A stretch of 64,000 nucleotides of DNA from Eledone cirrhosa (Eukaryota): positions 16,802,001 to 16,866,000 of the forward strand of contig OZ024752.1 in the NCBI GenBank assembly GCA_964016885.1, read 5' to 3'. The position numbers and the translations under genes were made by a program. Shown here piece by piece: positions 12,801-25,659 of the stretch. The notes beneath the pieces were generated by a model. That model searched no databases, was not told the DNA's origin, and saw only the letters and a list, made by a program, of their open reading frames with translations. Position 1 is the stretch's first letter. The number at the start of each line of letters is the position of its first letter.

Positions 12801-15800
12801 TGTCTAGGGGAAGGATCACTCTGATGTCAGCTGTGTGTGGTAGTCTGTCTAGGGGAAGGATCACTCTGATGTCAGCCGTGTGTAGTAGACTGTCTTGGGG
12901 AAGGATCACTCTGATGTCAGTCATGTGTAGTAGTCTGTCTAGGGGAAGGATCACTCTGATGTCAGCCGTGTGTGGTAGTCTGTCTAGGGGAAGGATCACT
13001 CTGATGTCAGCCGTGTGTGGTAGTCTCTCTAGGGGAAGGATCACTCTGATGTCAGCTGTGTGTGGTAGTCTGTCTAGGGGAAAGATCACTCTGATGTCAG
13101 TTGTGTGTGGCAGTCGTCTAGGGGAAGGATCACTCTGATGTCAGCCGTGTGTGGTAGTCTGTCTAGGGGAAGGATCACTCTGATGTCAGCTGTGTGTGGT
13201 AGCCTGTCTAGGGGAAGGATAACTCTGATGTCAGCTGTGTGTGGTAGTCTGTCTAGGGGAAGGATCACTCTGATGTCAGCTGTGTGTGGTAGTCTGTCTA
13301 AGGGAAGGATCACTCTGATGTCAGCTGTGTGTGGTAGTCTGTCTAGGGGAAGGACCACTCTGATATCAGCTGTGTGTGGTAGTCTGTCTCGGGGAAGGAT
13401 CACTCTGATGTCAGTCGTGTGTGGTAGTCTGTCTAGGGGAAGGATAACTCTGATGTCAGCTGTGTGTGGTAGTCTGTCTCGGGGAAGGATCACTCTGATG
13501 TCAGCCGTGTGTGGTAGTCTGTCTAGGGGAAGGATCACTCTGATGTCAGTCATGTGTGGTAGTCTGTCTAGGGGAAGGATCACTCTGATGTCATCTGTGT
13601 GTGGTAGTCAGTCTAGGGGAAGGATCACTCTGATGTCAGCCGTGTGTGGTAGTCTGTCTAGGAGAAGGATCACTCTGATGTCAGTCATGTGTAGTAGTCT
13701 GTCTAGGGGAAGGATCACTCTGATGTCAGCCGTGTGTGGTAGTCTGTCTAGGGGAAGGATCACTCTGATATCAGCCGTGTGTGGTAGTCTGTCTAGGGGA
13801 AGGATCACTCTGATGTCTGCTGTGTGTGCTAGTCTGTCTAGGGGAAGGATCACCCTGATGTCAGCCGTGTGTGGTAGTCTGTCTAGGGGAAGGATCACTC
13901 TGATGTCAGCCGTGTGTGGTAGTCTGTCTAGGTGAAGGATCACCCTGATGTCAGCCGTGTGTGGGAGTCTGTCTCGGGGAAGCATCATTCTGATGTCAGC
14001 CATGTGTGGTAGTCTGTTATGGGAAGGATCACTCTGATGTCAGCCGTGTGTGGCAGTCTAGCTAGGGGAAGGATCACTCTGATGTCAGTCGTGTGTGGTA
14101 GTCTGTCTCGGGGAAGGATCACTCTGATGTCAGTCGTGTGTGGTAGTCTGTCTAGGGGAAGGATCACTCTGATGTCAGTCATGTGTGGTAGTCTGTCTAG
14201 GGAAAGGATCACTCTGATGTCAGCTGTGTGTGGTAGTCTGTCTAGGGGAAGGATCACTCTGATGTCAGCCGTGTGTGGTAGTCTGTCTAGGGGAAGGATC
14301 ATTCTGATGTCAGTCATGTGTGGTAGTCTGTCTAGGGGAAGGATCACTCTGATGTCAGCCGTGTGTGGTAGTCTGTATAGGGGAAGGATCACTCTGATGT
14401 CAGCTGTGTGGTAGTCTGTCTAGGGGAAGGATCACCCTGATGTCAGCCGTGTGTGGTAGTCTGTCTAGGGGAAGGATCACTCTGATGTCAGCTGTGTGTG
14501 GTAGTCTGTCTAGGGGAAGGATCACTCTGATGTCAGCTGTGTGTGGTAGTCTGTCTCGGGGAAGGATCACTCTGATGTCAGTCGTGTGTGGTAGTCTGTC
14601 TAGGGGAAGGATAACTCTGATGTCAGTCATGTGTGGTAGTCTGTCTAGGGGAAGGATCACTCTGATGTTAGCTGTGTGTGGTAGTCTGTCTAGGGGAAGG
14701 ATCACTCTGATGTCAGCCGTGTGTGGTAGTCTGTCTAGGGGAAGGATCACTCTGATGTCAGTCATGTGTAGTAGTCTCTCTAGGGGAAGGATCACTCTGA
14801 TGTCAGCCGTGTGTGTTAGTCTGTCTAGGGGAAGGATCACTCTGATGTCAGCCGTGTGTGGTAGTCTGTCTAGGGGAAGGATCACTCTGATGTCAGCTGT
14901 GTGTGGTAGTCTGTCTCGGGGAAGGATAACTCTGATGTCAGCCCTGTGTGGTAGTCTGTCTAGGGGAAGGATCACTCTGATATCAGTCATGTGTAGTAGT
15001 CTGTCTAGGGGAAGGATCACTCTGATGTCAGCCGTGTGTGGTAGTCTGTCTAGGGGAAGGATCACTCTGATGTCAGCCGTGTGTGGTAGTCTGTCTAGGG
15101 GAAGGATCACTCTGATGTCAGCTGTGTGTGGTAGTCTGTCTAGGGGAAGGATCACCCTGATGTCAGCCGTGTGTGGTAGTCTGTCTAGGGGAAGGATCAC
15201 TCTGATGTCAGCTGTGTGTGGTAGTCTGTCTAGGGGAAGGATCACTCTGATGTCAGCTGTGTGTGGTAGTCTGTCTCGGGGAAGGATCACTCTGATATCA
15301 GTCGTGTGTGGTAGTCTGTCTAGGGGAAGGATAACTCTGATGTCAGCTGTGTGTGGTAGTCTGTGTCGGGGAAGGATCACTCTGATGTCAGCCGTGTCTG
15401 GTAGTCTGTCTAGGGAAAGGATCACTCTGATGTCAGTCATGTGTGGTAGTCTGTCTAGGGGAAGGATCAATCTGATGTCAGCTGTGTGTGGTAGTCTGTC
15501 TAGGGGAAGGATCACTCTGATGTCAGCCGTGTGTGGTAGTCTCTCTAGGGGAAGGATCACTCTGATGTCAGCTGTGTGTGGTAGTCTGTCTAGGGGAAAG
15601 ATCACTCTGATGTCAGTTGTGTGTGGCAGTCTGTCTAGGGGAAGGACCACTCTGATGTCAGCTGTGTGTGGTAGTCTGTCTCGGGGAAGGATCACTCTGA
15701 TGTCAGTCGTGTGTGGTAGTCTGTCTAGGGGAAGGATAACTCTGATGTCAGCTGTGTGTGGTAGTCTGTCTCGGGGAAGGATCACTCTGATGTCAGCCGT

Positions 15801-18800
15801 GTGTGGTAGTCTGTCTAGGGGAAGGATCACTCTGATGTCAGTCATGTGTGGTAGTCTGTCTAGGGGAAGGATCACTCTGATGTCATCTGTGTGTGGTAGT
15901 CAGTCTAGGGGAAGGATCACTCTGATGTCAGCCGTGTGTGGTAGTCTGTCTAGGGGAAGGATCACTCTGATGTCAGTCATGTGTAGTAGTCTGTCTAGGG
16001 GAAGGATCACTCTGATGTCAGCCGTGTGTGGTAGTCTGTCTAGGGGAAGGATCACTCTGATGTCAGCCGTGTGTGGTAGTCTGTCTAGGGGAAGGATCAC
16101 TCTGATGTCTGCTGTGTGTGATAGTCTGTCTCGGGGAAGCAACATTCTGATGTCAGCCATGTGTGGTAGTCTGTTATGGGAAGGATCACTCTGATGTCAG
16201 CCGTGTGTGGCAGTCTAGCTAGGGGAAGGATCACTCTGATGTCAGCCGTGTGTGGTAGTCTGTCTAGGGGAAGGATCACTCTCATGTCAGTCATGTGTGG
16301 TAGTCTGTCTAGGGGAAGGATCACTCTGATGTCATCTGTGTGTGGTAGTCAGTCTAGGGGAAGGATCACTCTGATGTCAGCCGTGTGTGGTAGTCTGCCT
16401 AGGGGAAGGATCACTCTGATGTCAGTCATGTGTAGTAGTCTGTCTAGGGGAAGGATCACTCTGATGTCAGCCGTGTGTGGTAGTCTGTCTAGGGGAAGGA
16501 TCACTCTGATATCAGCCGTGTGTGGTAGTCTGTCTAGGGGAAGGATCACTCTGATGTCTGCTGTGTGTGGTAGTCTGTCTAGGGGAAGGATCACCCTGAT
16601 GTCAGCCGTGTGTGGTAGTCTGTCTAGGGGAAGGATCACTCTGATGTCAGCCGTGTGTGGTAGTCTGTCTAGGTGAAGGATCACCCTGATGTCAGCCGTG
16701 TGTGGGAGTCTGTCTCGGGGAAGCATCATTCTGATGTCAGCCATGTGTGGTAGTCTGTTATGGGAAGGATCACTCTGATGTCAGCCGTCTGTGGCAGTCT
16801 AGCTAGGGGAAGGATCACTCTGATGTCAGTCGTGTGTGGTAGTCTGTCTCGGGGAAGGATCACTCTGATGTCAGTCGTGTGTGGTAGTCTGTCTAGGGGA
16901 AGGATAACTCTGATGTCAGCTGTGTGTGGTAGTCTGTCTAAGGGAAGGATCACTCTGATGTCAGCCGTGTGTGGTAGTCTGTCTAGGAGAAGGATCACTC
17001 TGATGTCAGTCATGTGTGGTAGCCTGTCTAAGGAAAGGATCACTCTGATGTCAGCTGTGTGTGGTAGTCTGTCTAGGGGAAGGATCACTCTGATGTCAGC
17101 CGTGTGTGGTAGTCTGTCTAGGGGAAGGATCATTCTGATGTCAGTCATGTGTGGTAGTCTGTCTAGGGGAAGGATCACTCTGATGTCAGCCGTGTGTGGT
17201 AGTCTGTATAGGGGAAGGATCACTCTGATGTCAGCTGTGTGGTAGTCTGTCTAGAGGAAGGATCACCCTGATGTCAGCCGTGTGTGGTAGTCTGTCTAGG
17301 GGAAGGATCACTCTGATGTCAGCTGTGTGTGGTAGTCTGTCTAGGGGAAGGATCACTCTGATGTCAGCTGTGTGTGGTAGTCTGTCTCGGGGAAGGATCA
17401 CTCTGATGTCAGTCGTGTGTGGTAGTCTGTCTAGGGGAAGGATAACTCTGATGTCAGCTGTGTGTGGTAGTCTGTCTCGGGGAAGGATCACTCTGATGTC
17501 AGCCGTGTCTGGTAGTCTGTCTAGGGGAAAGATCACTCTGATGTCAGTCATGTGTGGTAGTCTGTCTAGGGGAAGGATCACTCTGATGTTAGCTGTGTGT
17601 GGTAGTCTGTCTAGGGGAAGGATCACTCTGATGTCAGCCGTGTGTGGTAGTCTGTCTAGGGGAAGGATCACTCTGATGTCAGTCATGTGTAGTAGTCTCT
17701 CTAGGGGAAGGATCACTCTGATGTCAGCCGTGTGTGGTAGTCTGTCTAGGGGAAGGATCACTCTGATGTCAGCCGTGTGTGGTAGTCTGTCTAGGGGAAG
17801 GATCACTCTGATGTCAGTCATGTGTGGTAGTCTGTCTAGGGGAAGGATCACTCTGATGTCATCTGTGTGTGGTAGTCTGTCTAGGGGAAGGATCACTCTG
17901 ATGTCAGCCGTGTGTGGTAGTCTGTCTAGGGGAAGGATCACTCTGATGTCAGTCATGTGTGGTAGTCTGTCTAGGGGAAGGATCACTCTGATGTCATCTG
18001 TGTGTGGTAGTCAGTCTAGGGGAAGGATCACTCTGATGTCAGCCGTGTGTGGTAGTCTGTCTAGGGGAAGGATCACTCTGATGTCAGTCATGTGTAGTAG
18101 TCTGTCTAGGGGAAGGATCACTCTGATTTCAGCCGTGTGTGGTAGTCTGTCTAGGGGAAGGATCACTCTGATATCAGCCGCGTGTGGTAGTCTGTCTAGG
18201 TGAAGGATCACCCTGATGTCAGCCGTGTGTGGGAGTCTGTCTCGGGGAAGCATCATTCTGATGTCAGCCATGTGTGGTAGTCTGTTATGGGAAGGATCAT
18301 TCTGATGTCAGCTGTGGGTGGCAGTCTGTCTAGGGGAAGGATCACTCTGATGTCAGCCGTGTGTGGTAGTCTCTCTAGGGGAAGAATCACTCTGACGTCA
18401 GCTGTGTGTGGTAGTCTGTCTAGGGGAAGGATCACTCTGATGTCAGTTGTGTGTGGCAGTCTGTCTAGGGGAAGGATCACTCTGATGTCAGCCGTGTGTG
18501 GTAGTCTGTCTAGGGGAAGGATCACTCTGATGTCAGCTGTGTGTGGTAGTCTGTCTAGGGGAAGGATCACTCTGATGTCAGCTGTGTGTGGTAGTCTGTC
18601 TAGGGGAAGGATCACTCTGATGTCAGCTGTGTGTGGTAGTCTGTCTAGGGGAAGGATCACTCTGATGTCAGCTGTGTGTGGTAGTCTGTCTAGGGGAAGG
18701 ACCACTCTGATGTCAGCTGTGTGTGGTAGTCTGTCTCGGGGAAGGATCACTCTGATGTCAGCCGTGTGTGGTAGTCTGTCTAGGGGATGGATCACTCTGA

Positions 18801-21800
18801 TGTCAGTCATGTGTGGTAGTCTGTCTAGGGGAAGGATCACTCTGATGTCAGCCGTGTGTGGTAGTCTGTCTCGGGGAAGGATCACTCTGATGTCAGTCGT
18901 GTGTGGTAGTCTGTCTAGTGGAAGGATCACCCTGATGTCAGCCGTGTGTGGTAGCCTGTCTAGGGGAAGGATCACTCTGATGTCAGCTGTGTGTGGTAGT
19001 CTGTCTAGGGGAAGGATAACTCTGATGTCAGCTGTGTGTGGTAGTCTGTCTCGGGGAAGGATCACTCTGATGTCAGCCGTGTCTGGTAGTCTGTCTAGGG
19101 GAAGGATCACTCTGATGTCAGTCATGTGTGGTAGTCTGTCTAGGGGAAGGATCACTCTGATGTCAGCTGTGTGTGGTAGTCTGTCTAGGGGAAGGATCAC
19201 TCTGATGTCAGCCGTGTGTAGTAGACTGTCTTGGGGAAGGATCACTCTGATGTCAGTCATGTGTAGTAGTCTGTCTAGGGGAAGGATCACTCTGATGTCA
19301 GCCGTGTGTGGTAGTCTGTCTAGGGGAAGGATCACTCTGATGTCAGCCGTGTGTGGTAGTCTCTCTAGGGGAAGGATCACTCTGATGTCAGCTGTGTGTG
19401 GTAGTCTGTCTAGGGGAAAGATCACTCTGATGTCAGTTGTGTGTGGCAGTCGTCTAGGGGAAGGATCACTCTGATGTCAGCCGTGTGTGGTAGTCTGTCT
19501 AGGGGAAGGATCACTCTGATGTCAGCTGTGTGTGGTAGTCTGTCTAGGGGAAGGATAACTCTGATGTCAGCTGTGTGTGGTAGTCTGTCTAGGGGAAGGA
19601 TCACTCTGATGTCAGCTGTGTGTGGTAGTCTGTCTAAGGGAAGGATCACTCTGATGTCAGCTGTGTGTGGTAGTCTGTCTAGGGGAAGGACCACTCTGAT
19701 ATCAGCTGTGTGTGGTAGTCTGTCTCGGGGAAGGATCACTCTGATGTCAGTCGTGTGTGGTAGTCTGTCTAGGGGAAGGATAACTCTGATGTCAGCTGTG
19801 TGTGGTAGTCTGTCTCGGGGAAGGATCACTCTGATGTCAGCCGTGTGTGGTAGTCTGTCTAGGGGAAGGATCACTCTGATGTCAGTCATGTGTGGTAGTC
19901 TGTCTAGGGGAAGGATCACTCTGATGTCATCTGTGTGTGGTAGTCAGTCTAGGGGAAGGATCACTCTGATGTCAGCCGTGTGTGGTAGTCTGTCTAGGGG
20001 AAGGATCACTCTGATGTCAGTCATGTGTAGTAGTCTGTCTAGGGGAAGGATCACTCTGATGTCAGCCGTGTGTGGTAGTCTGTCTAGGGGAAGGATCACT
20101 CTGATATCAGCCGTGTGTGGTAGTCTGTCTAGGGGAAGGATCACTCTGATGTCTGCTGTGTGTGCTAGTCTGTCTAGGGGAAGGATCACCCTGATGTCAG
20201 CCGTGTGTGGTAGTCTGTCTAGGGGAAGGATCACTCTGATGTCAGCCGTGTGTGGTAGTCTGTCTAGGTGAAGGATCACCGTGATGTCAGCCGTGTGTGG
20301 GAGTCTGTCTCGGGGAAGCATCATTCTGATGTCAGCCATGTGTGGTAGTCTGTTATGGGAAGGATCACTCTGATGTCAGCCGTGTGTGGCAGTCTAGCTA
20401 GGGGAAGGATCACTCTGATGTCAGTCGTGTGTGGTAGTCTGTCTCGGGGAAGGATCACTCTGATGTCAGTCGTGTGTGGTAGTCTGTCTAGGGGAAGGAT
20501 AACTCTGATGACAGCTGTGTGTGGTAGTCTGTCTAAGGGAAGGATCACACTGATGTCAGCCGTGTGTGGTAGTCTGTCTAGGAGAAGGATCACTCTGATG
20601 TCAGTCATGTGTGGTAGTCTGTCTAGGGAAAGGATCACTCTGATGTCAGCTGTGTGTGGTAGTCTGTCTAGGGGAAGGATCACTCTGATGTCAGCCGTGT
20701 GTGGTAGTCTGTCTAGGGGAAGGATCATTCTGATGTCAGTCATGTGTGGTAGTCTGTCTAGGGGAAGGATCACTCTGATGTCAGCCGTGTGTGGTAGTCT
20801 GTATAGGGGAAGGATCACTCTGATGTCAGCTGTGTGGTAGTCTGTCTAGGGGAAGGATCACCCTGATGTCAGCCGTGTGTGGTAGTCTGTCTAGGGGAAG
20901 GATCACTCTGATGTCAGCTGTGTGTGGTAGTCTGTCTAGGGGAAGGATCACTCTGATGTCAGCTGTGTGTGGTAGTCTGTCTCGGGGAAGGATCACTCTG
21001 ATGTCAGTCGTGTGTGGTAGTCTGTCTAGGGGAAGGATAACTCTGATGTCAGTCATGTGTGGTAGTCTGTCTAGGGGAAGGATCACTCTGATGTTAGCTG
21101 TGTGTGGTAGTCTGTCTAGGGGAAGGATCACTCTGATGTCAGCCGTGTGTGGTAGTCTGTCTAGGGGAAGGATCACTCTGATGTCAGTCATGTGTAGTAG
21201 TCTCTCTAGGGGAAGGATCACTCTGATGTCAGCCGTGTGTGTTAGTCTGTCTAGGGGAAGGATCACTCTGATGTCAGCCGTGTGTGGTAGTCTGTCTAGG
21301 GGAAGGATCACTCTGATGTCAGCTGTGTGTGGTAGTCTGTCTCGGGGAAGGATAACTCTGATGTCAGCCCTGTGTGGTAGTCTGTCTAGGGGAAGGATCA
21401 CTCTGATATCAGTCATGTGTAGTAGTCTGTCTAGGGGAAGGATCACTCTGATGTCAGCCGTGTGTGGTAGTCTGTCTAGGGGAAGGATCACTCTGATGTC
21501 AGCCGTGTGTGGTAGTCTGTCTAGGGGAAGGATCACTCTGATGTCAGCTGTGTGTGGTAGTCTGTCTAGGGGAAGGATCACCCTGATGTCAGCCGTGTGT
21601 GGTAGTCTGTCTAGGGGAAGGATCACTCTGATGTCAGCTGTGTGTGGTAGTCTGTCTAGGGGAAGGATCACTCTGATGTCAGCTGTGTGTGGTAGTCTGT
21701 GTCGGGGAAGGATCACTCTGATGTCAGCCGTGTCTGGTAGTCTGTCTAGGGGAAGGATCACTCTGATGTCAGTCATGTGTGGTAGTCTGTCTAGGGGAAG

Positions 21801-24800
21801 GATCAATCTGATGTCAGCTGTGTGTGGTAGTCTGTCTAGGGGAAGGATCACTCTGATGTCAGCCGTGTGTGGTAGTCTCTCTAGGGGAAGGATCACTCTG
21901 ATGTCAGCTGTGTGTGGTAGTCTGTCTAGGGGAAAGATCACTCTGATGTCAGTTGTGTGTGGCAGTCTGTCTAGGGGAAGGACCACTCTGATGTCAGCTG
22001 TGTGTGGTAGTCTGTCTCGGGGAAGGATCACTCTGATGTCAGTCGTGTGTGGTAGTCTGTCTAGGGGAAGGATAACTCTGATGTCAGCTGTGTGTGGTAG
22101 TCTGTCTCGGGGAAGGATCACTCTGATGTCAGCTGTGTGGTAGTCTGTCTAGGGGAAGGATCACCCTGATGTCAGCCGTGTGTGGTAGTCTGTCTAGGGG
22201 AAGGATCACTCTGATGTCAGCTGTGTGTGGTAGTCTGTCTAGGGGAAGGATCACTCTGATGTCAGCTGTGTGTGGTAGTCTGTCTCGGGGAAGGATCACT
22301 CTGATGTCAGTCGTGTGTGGTAGTCTGTCTAGGGGAAGGATAACTCTGATGTCAGTCATGTGTGGTAGTCTGTCTAGGGGAAGGATCACTCTGATGTTAG
22401 CTGTGTGTGGTAGTCTGTCTAGGGGAAGGATCACTCTGATGTCAGCCGTGTGTGGTAGTCTGTCTAGGGGAAGGATCACTCTGATGTCAGTCATGTGTAG
22501 TAGTCTCTCTAGGGGAAGGATCACTCTGATGTCAGCCGTGTGTGTTAGTCTGTCTAGGGGAAGGATCACTCTGATGTCAGCCGTGTGTGGTAGTCTGTCT
22601 AGGGGAAGGATCACTCTGATGTCAGCTGTGTGTGGTAGTCTGTCTCGGGGAAGGATAACTCTGATGTCAGCCCTGTGTGGTAGTCTGTCTAGGGGAAGGA
22701 TCACTCTGATATCAGTCATGTGTAGTAGTCTGTCTAGGGGAAGGATCACTCTGATGTCAGCCGTGTGTGGTAGTCTGTCTAGGGGAAGGATCACTCTGAT
22801 GTCAGCCGTGTGTGGTAGTCTGTCTAGGGGAAGGATCACTCTGATGTCAGCTGTGTGTGGTAGTCTGTCTAGGGGAAGGATCACCCTGATGTCAGCCGTG
22901 TGTGGTAGTCTGTCTAGGGGAAGGATCACTCTGATGTCAGCTGTGTGTGGTAGTCTGTCTAGGGGAAGGATCACTCTGATGTCAGCTGTGTGTGGTAGTC
23001 TGTCTCGGGGAAGGATCACTCTGATATCAGTCGTGTGTGGTAGTCTGTCTAGGGGAAGGATAACTCTGATGTCAGCTGTGTGTGGTAGTCTGTGTCGGGG
23101 AAGGATCACTCTGATGTCAGCCGTGTCTGGTAGTCTGTCTAGGGGAAGGATCACTCTGATGTCAGTCATGTGTGGTAGTCTGTCTAGGGGAAGGATCAAT
23201 CTGATGTCAGCTGTGTGTGGTAGTCTGTCTAGGGGAAGGATCACTCTGATGTCAGCCGTGTGTGGTAGTCTCTCTAGGGGAAGGATCACTCTGATGTCAG
23301 CTGTGTGTGGTAGTCTGTCTAGGGGAAAGATCACTCTGATGTCAGTTGTGTGTGGCAGTCTGTCTAGGGGAAGGACCACTCTGATGTCAGCTGTGTGTGG
23401 TAGTCTGTCTCGGGGAAGGATCACTCTGATGTCAGTCGTGTGTGGTAGTCTGTCTAGGGGAAGGATAACTCTGATGTCAGCTGTGTGTGGTAGTCTGTCT
23501 CGGGGAAGGATCACTCTGATGTCAGCCGTGTGTGGTAGTCTGTCTAGGGGAAGGATCACTCTGATGTCAGTCATGTGTGGTAGTCTGTCTAGGGGAAGGA
23601 TCACTCTGATGTCATCTGTGTGTGGTAGTCAGTCTAGGGGAAGGATCACTCTGATGTCAGCCGTGTGTGGTAGTCTGTCTAGGGGAAGGATCACTCTGAT
23701 GTCAGTCATGTGTAGTAGTCTGTCTAGGGGAAGGATCACTCTGATGTCAGCCGTGTGTGGTAGTCTGTCTAGGGGAAGGATCACTCTGATGTCTGCTGTG
23801 TGTGGTAGTCTGTCTAGGGGAAGGATCACCCTGATGTCAGCCGTGTGTGGTAGTCTGTCTAGGGGAAGGATCACTCTGATGTCAGCCGTGTGTGGTAGTC
23901 TGTCTAGGTGAAGGATCACCCTGATGTCAGCCGTGTGTGGGAGTCTGTCTCGGGGAAGCATCATTCTGATGTCAGCCATGTGTGGTAGTCTGTTATGGGA
24001 AGGATCACTCTGATGTCAGCCGTCTGTGGCAGTCTAGCTAGGGGAAGGATCACTCTGATGTCAGTCGTGTGTGGTAGTCTGTCTCGGGGAAGGATCACTC
24101 TGATGTCAGTCGTGTGTGATAGTCTGTCTAGGGGAAGGATAACTCTGATGTCAGCTGTGTGTGGTAGTCTGTCTAAGGGAAGGATCACTCTGATGTCAGC
24201 CGTGTGTGGTAGTCTGTCTAGGAGAAGGATCACTCTGATGTCAGTCATGTGTGGTAGCCTGTCTAAGGAAAGGATCACTCTGATGTCAGCTGTGTGTGGT
24301 AGTCTGTCTAGGGGAAGGATCACTCTGATGTCAGCCGTGTGTGGTAGTCTGTCTAGGGGAAGGATCATTCTGATGTCAGTCATGTGTGGTAGTCTGTCTA
24401 GGGGAAGGATCACTCTGATGTCAGCCGTGTGTGGTAGTCTGTATAGGGGAAGGATCACTCTGATGTCAGCTGTGTGGTAGTCTGTCTAGAGGAAGGATCA
24501 CCCTGATGTCAGCCGTGTGTGGTAGTCTGTCTAGGGGAAGGATCACTCTGATGTCAGCTGTGTGTGGTAGTCTGTCTAGGGGAAGGATCACTCTGATGTC
24601 AGCTGTGTGTGGTAGTCTGTCTCGGGGAAGGATCACTCTGATGTCAGTCGTGTGTGGTAGTCTGTCTAGGGGAAGGATAACTCTGATGTCAGCTGTGTGT
24701 GGTAGTCTGTCTCGGGGAAGGATCACTCTGATGTCAGCCGTGTCTGGTAGTCTGTCTAGGGGAAAGATCACTCTGATGTCAGTCATGTGTGGTAGTCTGT

Positions 24801-25659
24801 CTAGGGGAAGGATCACTCTGATGTCAGCCGTGTGTGGTAGTCTGTCTAGGGGAAGGATCACTCTGATGTCAGTCATGTGTAGTAGTCTCTCTAGGGGAAG
24901 GATCACTCTGATGTCAGCCGTGTGTGGTAGTCTGTCTAGGGGAATGATCACTCTGATGTCAGCCGTGTGTGGTAGTCTGTCTAGGGGAAGGATCACTCTG
25001 ATGTCAGCTGTGTGTGGTAGTCTGTCTCGGGGAAGGATAACTCTGATGTCAGCCCTGTGTGGTAGTCTGTCTAGGGGAAGGATCACTCTGATATCAGTCA
25101 TGTGTAGTAGTCTGTCTAGGGGAAGGATCACTCTGATATCAGCCGTGTGTGGTAGTCTGTCTAGGGGAAGGATCACTCTGATGTCAGCTGTGTGTGGTAG
25201 TCTGTCTAGGGGAAGGATCACCCTGATGTCAGCCGTGTGTGGTAGTCTGTCTAGGGGAAGGATCACTCTGATGTCAGCCGTGTGTGGTAGTCTGTCTAGG
25301 TGAAGGATCACCCTGATGTCAGCCGTGTGTGGTAGTCTGTCTCGGGGAAGCATCATCTGATGTCAGCCATGTGTGGTAGTCTGTTATGGGAAGGATCACT
25401 CTGATGTCAGCCGTGTGTGGCAGTCTAGCTAGGGGAAGGATCACTCTGATGTCAGTCGTGTGTGGTAGTCTGTCTCGGGGAAGGATCACTCTGATGTCAG
25501 TCGTGTGTGGTAGTCTGTCTAGGGGAAGGATAACTCTGATGTCAGCTGTGTGTGGTAGTCTGTCTAAGGGAAGGATCACTCTGATGTCAGCCGTGTGTGG
25601 TAGTCTGTCTAGGGGAAGGATCACTCTGATGTCAGTCATGTGTGGTAGTCTGTCTAGGG